Below are positions 38,833 to 47,581 of a stretch of DNA of 64,000 bases, piece after piece. Within the stretch, counting starts at the first letter, position 1. Every line of letters starts with the position of its first letter. The notes beneath the pieces were generated by a model. That model made no database searches and was not told the origin of the DNA. It saw only the letters and a list, made by a program, of their open reading frames with translations. Where the stretch lies: positions 16,485 to 80,484 of the forward strand of contig QMQO01000002.1 in the NCBI GenBank assembly GCA_003650545.1, given 5' to 3'. The position numbers and the translations under genes were made by a program. The stretch comes from Candidatus Woesearchaeota archaeon. Lineage in GTDB: Archaea > Nanobdellota > Nanobdellia > Woesearchaeales > B72-G16.

Positions 38833-39168
38833 ATGGAATCAGAACAAACAAAAAAGGAGAATGAAAGCGAGGAAAAGAGTCCGCAGGAAAGGTTTGAACA
38901 GCATGAGTTCCGCAACATAACCATATATCACATGCACAAGGAATTGGTTAAGGAATTCAAGGAATGGTGCAAGATTCATGCTGGCAACAAGTTTCCTGCA
39001 GGGATTCAACTCTTGCTTTCAAGAGCCAAGGCATTTGACCTGCTAACAACAATGGAAAGCAGGATAAAAGCTTTGGAACAACAAGTCGCCCTGCTATCTC
39101 AAGGGCGCAAGAGTGTCGAGGAACACTCAGAACAAAAAACAGAGGTAAAGACTATTGGAGGGAATTAA
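38833..39168 (+). CDS. Hypothetical protein, possible ribbon-helix-helix plus coiled coil
   Basis: NITIYHMHKELVKEFKEWC...GIQLLL. Confidence 0.55.
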   Translation: MESEQTKKENESEEKSPQERFEQHEFRNITIYHMHKELVKEFKEWCKIHAGNKFPAGIQLLLSRAKAFDLLTTMESRIKALEQQVALLSQGRKSVEEHSEQKTEVKTIGGN

Positions 39169-39169
39169 T

Positions 39170-39499
39170 ATGACAAACAGATACACGCTTCAAGAATTAT
39201 TGGCAAAATCAGGCGAAAAGAAAAGGATAGAAGTTCCTTACGAGGACGGCATAGTGGAGATGGAAATAACGCCAGTGACATTTGGACCTGTCAGCAGGAT
39301 TCAGAATGATAAAACTGATGATACTACAATGACAAGAGAGATGATCAAGACAGCAACTGGCCTGACGGATGAGCAAATTGACAAGCTGCCACTAGGTTTT
39401 GTCCCAGCGCTTGGAGAAGCAATATCAAAAGCCTCAGGGCTTGACAAAGTGACTCAAAAACGTGCGGAGCGTTTTCCAAGTCCTCAGAAGGAAAACTGA
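39170..39499 (+). CDS. Tail assembly chaperone (gpG-like)
   Basis: Position before the tape measure gene. TGLTDEQIDKL motif. Confidence 0.7.
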   Translation: MTNRYTLQELLAKSGEKKRIEVPYEDGIVEMEITPVTFGPVSRIQNDKTDDTTMTREMIKTATGLTDEQIDKLPLGFVPALGEAISKASGLDKVTQKRAERFPSPQKEN

Positions 39500-39645
39500 T
39501 CTACATCCTTCTGAGGCATTACGGGATGAGCTGGGATGAAATAAGGAACTTGACAATGCCGCAAGTATATTTCATGCTAGCAGCCTATAATGAGGACATA
39601 AAACAAAGGAACAAGCAAATGAAAAAAGCAAGGAGAAAGAGATGA
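39475..39645 (+). CDS. -1 frame extension of the tail chaperone (gpGT-like)
   Basis: Open -1 frame SKSSEGKLIYILLRHYGMSWDEIRNLTMPQVYFML... overlapping the end of the chaperone gene. Confidence 0.65.
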   Translation, partial: SKSSEGKLIYILLRHYGMSWDEIRNLTMPQVYFMLAAYNEDIKQRNKQMKKARRKR

Positions 39646-39686
39646 TATTCCTGCGAGGTCGGGTGAACTAAAATGAGTCGTGAAAC

Positions 39687-42600
39687 ATGGTTGAATCAGT
39701 ACGCATCAAGTTCAAGGGAGAAGACAGCGTCTCACCAGCACTGTCAAGAATCAACGCAGGAATTAGTAGATTAAGCTCTAAAATAGGCAGTGTTGGAAAA
39801 ACTTTCTCCAGCTTCAACAAAAAACTCCTTCTCGGTTTCACGGCAATAGGAACCGCACTAACAGCGCTGGGAATAAAAGCCATAAAGAGTTTCGGAGAGT
39901 TTGACAGGCAAATAAAGAGAGTTCAAGTCCTGGCTGGAGGGACGGAAAAAGACTTCAAAAGGCTTGCTGATACCGCATTCAAATTAGGATCAAGCACGGC
40001 TTTTTCAGCTCAAGAAGTTGCTGAGGCGTTTGAAGAATTTGCCAAGGCAGGATTTTCTGTCAATCAGATTCTTGACGCTTCAGAAGCAACTCTCGGTTTG
40101 GCAACTGCTGGGAATCTCAGCCTTGCTGAAGCAGTCAATATCGCGGTGGCTGCTTTGAATGCTTTTGGAAGAGAAGCAGAAGATATGAACAGCGTTGCCA
40201 CAATACTTACAACAGCATTCACAAATTCCGCTCAAACACTGCAAGACTTGGGACAAGCGTTGAAGTTCGTCGCTCCTTTGGCTTCAAGCCTTGGCATAAG
40301 CCTTGAAGAAGTAAGTGCGGCTCTTGGAGCTCTTGCTCAGGTCGGAATAAGAAGCAGCATAGCTGGAACAAGCTTGAACCAGGCATTGTTGCAATTGTTA
40401 AGGCCAACTGCTGAGTCATCAGAGATTATGGAGGATCTCGGAGTTTCTTTTTTCACTTTGAATGAAGCAGGCCAAGCTGCAAGGGCAACCATTCAAGCAA
40501 CAAAGGATGAGTTCAACGCTTTGAAAGAGAGAGTAAGAGAAAGCGATATCGAGGTTGCTGAGTTAGGGTCTAAACTGGCAGAAGCGAAAAGGCAGCTGAA
40601 AGCCTTTGGCGGTGAGACAGGAAGTTCAGAGAGCTTGTCAAAGAGTCTGAAAGTGCTGCAGGCTCAGTTTGACGAGGCAAGACTGAGAAACAAGGAACTT
40701 CGTGATTCATTAGAAGCTCAAGAGAAAACATTTGAAAGTCTCAGGAGACAAGTAAGGGAAGGCTCTCTTGAGTTCGTGGGATTAAGAGACGCTGCCAGGC
40801 AATTGAATGAGGCATTCAAGAAAATGGATGCTTCAACGATACAGAAGGCAACAGCGCTTGTTCAAATTTTCAAGGTCAGGGGAGCAAGATCCTTTCTTAC
40901 TCTTACAAAAGAACTTGAAGAGTTTGACAGGCTTTTCAATATCATCGCTGCAACTGAGTTAAGGACAGAACTTCTTGACGAGGGCAGCCTTAAGGCAGCT
41001 CTTTCCGCCCAGGACAGTTTCGCAAGGCAGTTCGGCATAACCTTTGAGAAGCTTGTCGCCAATGCTACCAAAGTGCCTGAAGGTGTTGACAAGGCACTGA
41101 GGGATGCAAAACTTGATGAGAGGGCAAGGGACATATTCAGAAACCTGAGGAACGAGATCAAGGCTCTGGGCTTGGAAAGCGAAGCAATAGAAGCGGTTCT
41201 TTCTGACTTCTTGCCTTTGGATGCTGTCAAGGATTTCAGAAAGATCATTCAACTTACAGATGAGGACTTTGAGAAGTTCCTTGAGAACATTAATGCTGCT
41301 AATCAGGATGCTCAAACATTGAACAAAACGCTTCTTCAGAATCTTGGAAGTGCTTTGGAAGAGTTGCAGGACACAATAACGACCACTTTCATCAGGATCG
41401 GCGGAGCGATAGCCGAAAGACTTGACCTTAGCGATGTAGTGAGAAACATCCAGCAATCCATAGAAGATTTCTCAACAGGAGGCGGAGTTGAAAGACTTGC
41501 TGACAGATTAGTCTCTGTTTTCAGGACAATAAGCTCTTTCTTCAAAGGCATTGGAAAAGGGTTCAAGCAAGTTTTCACACCAGACATTGTAGCGAACCTT
41601 AAGAACGCATTTGTCAAGAACTTTGGAACTATTCAGAAAGAGGCATCTAACTTTGGCACCATCCTGGGAAGGATATTCGGAAGCATAGTCAAAGGAGGAG
41701 CAGAACTCATCACAAGAATTCTTAATGCTAACCTCATAGAAAACGCTAGCACAGCCTTCAAGAAACTTGGAAACGTGCTTGAGAAGATAGGGCCTGTTAT
41801 TGGGGCTGTTGCTGCTGGATTTGTGATATTGTCTCCTGTTCTTGGACCTCTCTTTTTCATTCTCAGCAAAGTAGTCGGAGTTTTTGGCTTGTTAATAAGA
41901 GGGCTTAGTGGAGCCGGGAAGGCAATTGCTTCCTTGTTTGGAGGAGTTGGAAAACTTTCATCTTTGTTTGGAGGGGTTGCTGGGAAAGCTGCGAGCGTTG
42001 GTTCTGCTGCCGTGAGTGCCACTACTGGCACGACAGGGTTCTTGGCTAAATTAAGCGCTTTGGGTTCTACCATTAGCAGCATATTCTCTGCGATAGGAAG
42101 CGCATTAGGAGTTACTGCCGGAACAGCAGCTGCCATTGTTGTTGCAATAGTTGGCACAATAATAGGGTTCATCAATCAAGTAAGGCAGAATTTTCTCGGG
42201 CTCGGAGATGACTTCAAAGTTATTTTTGGGGCAATAATCAATGTTTTCAAGGCCATTGGCAGTGCGATCATTGAGAATTTTGTTGATGTTGGCAAACTCT
42301 TGAAACCAATATGGGATGGCATAAAAGAAACTTTCAATGGGTTAGGCAAGATTCTGGCAAGCCTGGTGGCAATAGTCATCAAGCCCTTTGCTAACGGATT
42401 AAGGGAAGCAGGTCAGCAAGGCATTAACAGCTTTGAGATTATAAAAGCACTTGTTTCAATATTGTTCGCCCCATTGAAATTAGTTCTCACTCTTGTCGGA
42501 AGCGTACTCAAGGCAATAGGAGCGATAGTCAATTTCATAGGCGACTTAATAGGGGGCATTGTCGAGTTCGGATTCGCAGTGGCAGATGCTTTCAAGAGAT

Positions 42601-43799
42601 TCAGGGAAGAAGGATTCTCAGCCTTTAATGAAGTAGGCGACTTGGCAAAGAAAATAGGGCTGTCAATTCTCAAATCATTCATAGGAGCTATTGATTCAAT
42701 GATTAACATCTTCATTGATCTTATCAATGAATTGATCAATGTTGCTCGAAAGATTCCTCTCTTGAACAAGCTAATTGGTGACAATTTCAAGATAGACAAG
42801 AATGTCCTAAGCAACTTGCTCGGATTCACTAAGGAAGCTGAAAAAGCAGTTCTTCCAACCGTTGAACAAGGAAAGTCTGCTGGTTTTTCGTTTGCTTCAT
42901 CAGCAAGAACAACCTTGACAGCAGAGAGCGGAGCAGTAACAGAAGCTGCAATTCAACCATTCAAACAGGCAAGCGCAGACGTTACTGAACTTGGTTTTCA
43001 GACTGTGTCAAATTTCACTTTGCCTTTCAAGGACCCAGTGAACGTTAATGCTGCCAGAGCAGATGTCATGAGCATATTTCCTGATCAGGCTCAAGCATCT
43101 CAAATGGGAAGAGATTTTGGAAGAGCGTTCTTCACAGGTCTTGCTGAAGGAGTTCAATCTTTGGCAGAAATTTTTCAGGAAAACATAAAGCCCGTCTTTA
43201 TCACTATGAATGACGCATTGAAAGATTTCATTGCATTGTTCCTGAGAAACTTGTTCACATTAAAACTTGTTCCTGTATTCTTGCAGAACCTTGCTGCCAG
43301 AATGTTTGACATATTTGTTGGAGGATGGCACGCAATGTTCACTGCAGTGATTGACATTACTGAGAATTCCATTAACACAATGCTTTCCAATCTTCAGAAA
43401 TTTTTCAATCAGCTTGTCTCTGTTGTGAACAGGCTGATTGCAGAATACAACAGAGCTGCTGCCGTTCTCTCAAGAGATATCACAAGAACAAGGATAAGGA
43501 GAGTCAGGAGAAGAACGAAGTCTGGGAAGATAAGGACCAGGATCATAAGAACCAGAGAAGTGCTGTTCAAAGGAGTGAACATTCCGAGACTGAGAGCATT
43601 TTCTCCAGTGAACCTGACTCCTCTCCAATTGGAGAGGCCAGAACTTCCAACGCCACCGCAAGGAGTTTCTGTCAATGCAGGCGGTTTCACTGTCAACATA
43701 GAGAACTTCAACGCATCTTCTGAGGCTGATAAGCAGAAACTGTTTGCTGAGATTGACGCATTCATAGCAAGAAAACTTGGGGAATTGGTGAGACTATGA
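39687..43799 (+). CDS. Tape measure protein (TP901-family core)
   Basis: 1370 aa. T.FSA.EVA.A...AKAGFS, LG.SLEE..A.LG.L...GI..S.AGT.L; amphipathic repeats. Confidence 0.92.
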   Translation: MVESVRIKFKGEDSVSPALSRINAGISRLSSKIGSVGKTFSSFNKKLLLGFTAIGTALTALGIKAIKSFGEFDRQIKRVQVLAGGTEKDFKRLADTAFKLGSSTAFSAQEVAEAFEEFAKAGFSVNQILDASEATLGLATAGNLSLAEAVNIAVAALNAFGREAEDMNSVATILTTAFTNSAQTLQDLGQALKFVAPLASSLGISLEEVSAALGALAQVGIRSSIAGTSLNQALLQLLRPTAESSEIMEDLGVSFFTLNEAGQAARATIQATKDEFNALKERVRESDIEVAELGSKLAEAKRQLKAFGGETGSSESLSKSLKVLQAQFDEARLRNKELRDSLEAQEKTFESLRRQVREGSLEFVGLRDAARQLNEAFKKMDASTIQKATALVQIFKVRGARSFLTLTKELEEFDRLFNIIAATELRTELLDEGSLKAALSAQDSFARQFGITFEKLVANATKVPEGVDKALRDAKLDERARDIFRNLRNEIKALGLESEAIEAVLSDFLPLDAVKDFRKIIQLTDEDFEKFLENINAANQDAQTLNKTLLQNLGSALEELQDTITTTFIRIGGAIAERLDLSDVVRNIQQSIEDFSTGGGVERLADRLVSVFRTISSFFKGIGKGFKQVFTPDIVANLKNAFVKNFGTIQKEASNFGTILGRIFGSIVKGGAELITRILNANLIENASTAFKKLGNVLEKIGPVIGAVAAGFVILSPVLGPLFFILSKVVGVFGLLIRGLSGAGKAIASLFGGVGKLSSLFGGVAGKAASVGSAAVSATTGTTGFLAKLSALGSTISSIFSAIGSALGVTAGTAAAIVVAIVGTIIGFINQVRQNFLGLGDDFKVIFGAIINVFKAIGSAIIENFVDVGKLLKPIWDGIKETFNGLGKILASLVAIVIKPFANGLREAGQQGINSFEIIKALVSILFAPLKLVLTLVGSVLKAIGAIVNFIGDLIGGIVEFGFAVADAFKRFREEGFSAFNEVGDLAKKIGLSILKSFIGAIDSMINIFIDLINELINVARKIPLLNKLIGDNFKIDKNVLSNLLGFTKEAEKAVLPTVEQGKSAGFSFASSARTTLTAESGAVTEAAIQPFKQASADVTELGFQTVSNFTLPFKDPVNVNAARADVMSIFPDQAQASQMGRDFGRAFFTGLAEGVQSLAEIFQENIKPVFITMNDALKDFIALFLRNLFTLKLVPVFLQNLAARMFDIFVGGWHAMFTAVIDITENSINTMLSNLQKFFNQLVSVVNRLIAEYNRAAAVLSRDITRTRIRRVRRRTKSGKIRTRIIRTREVLFKGVNIPRLRAFSPVNLTPLQLERPELPTPPQGVSVNAGGFTVNIENFNASSEADKQKLFAEIDAFIARKLGELVRL

Positions 43800-44179
43800 A
43801 ATTAATGGATGAAAATCAAACGCAGGACCTTTTCGTTTTCAACAATACTGACAAGGCTATAACAAGCCTTGAAACAAAGGATAAGATCATATGGATAGAA
43901 CATGAAATTCCAAACAGGACAGGCAACATAAGGCACTTTATGGGAACGGGAGATGGAGACATCGTATTGACTGGCAAGCTTCTTGGGACGCATCAGGACA
44001 AGGTAAACAACAAGGAAACGCTAAGAAATCTTGCTCTTGCTGGGACTATCTTGTATCTTGATTCAGAAGGGTATGCTGACAACCTCAATGGCAAGTATGT
44101 GATAACTGAAATCGAGATTCCTGAAAGGGGAGGGGAGCCTTGGGATTTCACAATTGTGCTGACGCAATTCAATAATTGA
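43796..44179 (+). CDS. Distal tail / tube-initiator-like protein
   Basis: EHEIP.R.G....MG, I.LTG, GKYVITEI. Follows the tape measure gene. Confidence 0.6.
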   Translation: MKLMDENQTQDLFVFNNTDKAITSLETKDKIIWIEHEIPNRTGNIRHFMGTGDGDIVLTGKLLGTHQDKVNNKETLRNLALAGTILYLDSEGYADNLNGKYVITEIEIPERGGEPWDFTIVLTQFNN

Positions 44180-44181
44180 AA

Positions 44182-46737
44182 ATGGTAGAACCTCACAAAC
44201 CCGTTTTCAAAGTCTATGTTGACAATGGGAACGGATGGCAAGACGTAAGCGACAATGTTGTTAAATGGGACTCTTCAGTAGCTGTAACTACGAAGACCAA
44301 TACTGCATCACTAACTTTTGATTATGGAGTTCTTCAGCAAGTTCAGCAGCTTGATTCCTCTGCAAAAATCAAGATTGAGGCGGGTTATGACAGCAACAAC
44401 CTCAAGCTTATCTTTGATGGCTTAATAAGAAACATAAGGAAGAGCAACACGAAAGAGGATTTTGATGTTGACGCTGATGATTATTCTGTTTTTATGCTTG
44501 ATAGGTTCATAACCGATGCTTTTGAGAATATCAAGGCTGTGGATATCATTAAGGACATTCTTTCTGAGAAAATTCCAGAGTATGTTTGGGATGCTGATTC
44601 CTTTGATGATCACGAATTCATTGTTGAGAAGATAGCTTTTGAAGACAAGCCAATAATCGAGATCATAGAGTACCTCGCAGAACTCATTGGCTTTGATTTT
44701 TGGGTGGAAAGCGATGGCAATGGAACTATCAAGTTCTTCTGCAAAGTTAGGAAGAGCATAGAATCTGATTTTGTTCTTGAAAGAGGAAAAAATCTCAAAA
44801 GCCTTATATTCATAGAGGACAAGAGCCAAATGTTTAATAGGGTTATTGTTGAAGGTGACAAAAGAGAGTTTTCCACGAAAGAAGACTTCACAGGGGATGG
44901 GACAACAAAAGATTTTGTCCTAAGGTTCAGACCTCATAATGTTCGGGTGATTGTTAATGGAACGATTCTTCAGGGAGGAGTCGAAGGCATATCGCAGAAC
45001 CCTGATTTCTTTGTTGATTTTTTCAACAAGAAAGTTACTTTTGTGAATGCTCCTCAAGCAGGATCGAGCATTGAAATAGAATACGCTTATGACATTCCCA
45101 TTAAGGTAGAAGTTACTGACTTTGCTTCAATCTCTAAATATGGTGAAAGGGTTCAACTGATAAAAAACAAGAACATTAAGGAAAAAGCAGAAGCAAAGAG
45201 ATTTGCCAGGGAGTACATCAAAAGGTACGGTAAGCCCTTGTTCATAGCAGAAGCTGAAGCGCCAGCAAGTATAGATTTCAGTGTGGGAGATGTCATTACA
45301 GTAAAGGACTTGGCAAAAGGAATAAATAATTCAATGCAAGTGTTGGAATGCACTTATTCTTATTCAAAGACGGAAGGATTCAATTCATCCCTGAAACTTG
45401 CTCAAACAGAACAAACAGGATCAAACGTTCTCAAGGATATAATATTGAGACTTAAGCAACTTGAAGAACTTCTTAAGGGAGATGTTGAGGTAGTAACAAA
45501 ACTCACAACTTTTGAGGAAACAATAACTATCAGAATAAAGAGAATCACGGCAAAGAAAAGGCAGCTTCTTGAAGGGTTCAGTTGGAGCAGGGACGGAGTT
45601 TGGAGCGGGAATGATTGGGGAGTCGACAATTTCGTGAGTTATGAAACATTCTTTGAGTATGGAGATAAGGATGTCCTGCAAAAAGATTTCAATGTCATCC
45701 GGGAAGAAGAACTAAGGGTTGAGGTTCTGTTCAGTCCAGAACTTGATAAGATTCTTGTATGGTCTCTTGGAGATTGGACTAAGGATTCTTGGTCAGGAGA
45801 AACTGAATTCATTGTTCCAACACCGACTTTCCTTAAGGAGATAATTGACGAACTCAAGAGCGATCTTGAAAGGACGGCTTTCAATCTTTCAGTGCACCCA
45901 GATTACAGTTCAGCAACCATTTGGAGCTTGAATGGAGGCAGTCCGCCTTATTGGTCAAAAATAGGATTCACAAGAACATTGTCTCCAGCAGGGCCAACCC
46001 AGCAGACGCATGATAAGGCAGTGACAGATCTGGCTTCATCTGATGAAAGACTTGGATTCGAGTTAAGAATTGAACCTGCACTTGATGATAAGACTCCTGT
46101 CTGGAGCATGAATTATGTATGGAGTGAGACTGGAACTGAAGCAGCAATAAGTGTTCCTGAATTCAAGAAATATGCTTCTGAATTGCTCAATGCCAGTGAA
46201 AGATTAACGCTTGCTCAGGAATTCCTGTCATTCCTTGATGATGAACTTGCTTGGAGCAGATCAAGATGGAGCAAGAGTCCAGCAATTGAGTTCGTGGAAA
46301 CAGAAAATGTTATTTTGAAAGAAATAGATGATAATATCATAAGCGGGGAGAAAATCTCCTTCAAGCTTAACGAACCAGAAGACGGGTTCTTCTGGAGCAT
46401 GAGGGCCTGGAGCACGGATGACTGGGGGAACATCCCTCAAAATCTTGCTCAGCAGGACATACAGAATAGAATCGTAAGCGATGATTTGGTTTCTGAAGAC
46501 AGCATAAAGATGGAGCTGTCGCTTGATTCATCCTTCCACGGATGGAGTCTCAAGATTTGGAGCAAAGACGGATGGATTAAGTTTGAGCAACCAGCACCTC
46601 AGCAAAGCACTCACTTGAAGACTGAGGAAGAATTGCTGGCAATAACAGAGAGGAAAGGGTTTGAGAGCATATTGAGTCTCAACCCGCAAACAGAGTTAAT
46701 CAATACAAAATCAAAATGGAGTGAGGCAGCATGGTAG
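44182..46737 (+). CDS. Baseplate hub / tail-tip protein with Trp-rich C-terminal repeats
   Basis: IEAGY...LIFDG.I, LAE..GFDFWV, NRVIVEG, SI.KYG.R, VGD.ITV; repeated WS....W motifs. Confidence 0.75.
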   Translation: MVEPHKPVFKVYVDNGNGWQDVSDNVVKWDSSVAVTTKTNTASLTFDYGVLQQVQQLDSSAKIKIEAGYDSNNLKLIFDGLIRNIRKSNTKEDFDVDADDYSVFMLDRFITDAFENIKAVDIIKDILSEKIPEYVWDADSFDDHEFIVEKIAFEDKPIIEIIEYLAELIGFDFWVESDGNGTIKFFCKVRKSIESDFVLERGKNLKSLIFIEDKSQMFNRVIVEGDKREFSTKEDFTGDGTTKDFVLRFRPHNVRVIVNGTILQGGVEGISQNPDFFVDFFNKKVTFVNAPQAGSSIEIEYAYDIPIKVEVTDFASISKYGERVQLIKNKNIKEKAEAKRFAREYIKRYGKPLFIAEAEAPASIDFSVGDVITVKDLAKGINNSMQVLECTYSYSKTEGFNSSLKLAQTEQTGSNVLKDIILRLKQLEELLKGDVEVVTKLTTFEETITIRIKRITAKKRQLLEGFSWSRDGVWSGNDWGVDNFVSYETFFEYGDKDVLQKDFNVIREEELRVEVLFSPELDKILVWSLGDWTKDSWSGETEFIVPTPTFLKEIIDELKSDLERTAFNLSVHPDYSSATIWSLNGGSPPYWSKIGFTRTLSPAGPTQQTHDKAVTDLASSDERLGFELRIEPALDDKTPVWSMNYVWSETGTEAAISVPEFKKYASELLNASERLTLAQEFLSFLDDELAWSRSRWSKSPAIEFVETENVILKEIDDNIISGEKISFKLNEPEDGFFWSMRAWSTDDWGNIPQNLAQQDIQNRIVSDDLVSEDSIKMELSLDSSFHGWSLKIWSKDGWIKFEQPAPQQSTHLKTEEELLAITERKGFESILSLNPQTELINTKSKWSEAAW

Positions 46738-47192
46738 AAGGAAAAGACACTCTTAAGGCAAAAGGAACTGTGAACATCAAGGTCATCCAAAAAGATGGCA
46801 AGGTCATTGAGAGCATGACCATAAACAAAGTTGTTGATTTGGGCATTGAGGCATTGCTTCAACACATTAATGGAAACTATTCCAGTCTTATCAGCCATTT
46901 CAAGATCGGAACTGGAACAACTGCTCCTGCAGGAACTGACACTGATGTTGAGAACGGTGTTGAATTTGACACAGGAATAACCACAAAGGCATTTGACAAC
47001 GTCAGTTTTCCCTCAGCGAAAGAAGTCAAGTATCAATTAACAGTGGACTTCACTGAAGGCAATGGCAACACGCTGAGCGAAGTGGGATTGTTCTTCGCTG
47101 ACAACAGAATGTTTTCCCGTTTTGTGCATCAGGGAATTAACAAGACGAGTTTCATCAAGATAGTGTTCCAATACACGATCAAGATAGAATAA
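46731..47192 (+). CDS. Tail/baseplate accessory protein
   Basis: NKVV..G, IGTGTTAP..TDT, EGNG.TLSEVGLF. Confidence 0.65.
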   Translation: MVEGKDTLKAKGTVNIKVIQKDGKVIESMTINKVVDLGIEALLQHINGNYSSLISHFKIGTGTTAPAGTDTDVENGVEFDTGITTKAFDNVSFPSAKEVKYQLTVDFTEGNGNTLSEVGLFFADNRMFSRFVHQGINKTSFIKIVFQYTIKIE

Positions 47193-47204
47193 GGAGGCTA
47201 AGAA

Positions 47205-47552
47205 ATGGTATTCACCAATGCTGGCAAGCAACAAATCCTGGAAGCGCTAAAGAATCAGATCACTCACGTGGCATTAGGGACTGGACAAAATACCGACACG
47301 GAATTCGCTACAAGTCTGGGGAACGAAACTTTCAGGAAGCCAGTGACAGACAAAACAATAGAGACTGAAACCAATAGCATTGACATAGAATGCTTCTTGG
47401 GTTCAAGCGAGGGGAACGGAAATGATTTCTCTGAACTTGGGCTGCTTGACTCTCCTAGCGGAGGAAACTTGTTCGTGATCACTAATTTCCCTCCAGAAAG
47501 CAAAACCCCGCTTCTTGAGTGGTTAATAGACATCGTGATTGAGATAAAATAA
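47205..47552 (+). CDS. Tail/baseplate accessory protein, paralogue of the preceding gene
   Basis: TNAG, THVALGTG, L.NE.FRK, EGNG..FSELGL. Confidence 0.65.
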   Translation: MVFTNAGKQQILEALKNQITHVALGTGQNTDTEFATSLGNETFRKPVTDKTIETETNSIDIECFLGSSEGNGNDFSELGLLDSPSGGNLFVITNFPPESKTPLLEWLIDIVIEIK

Positions 47553-47581
47553 CATAAAGAAAGAAATATGAGGTGATTATT

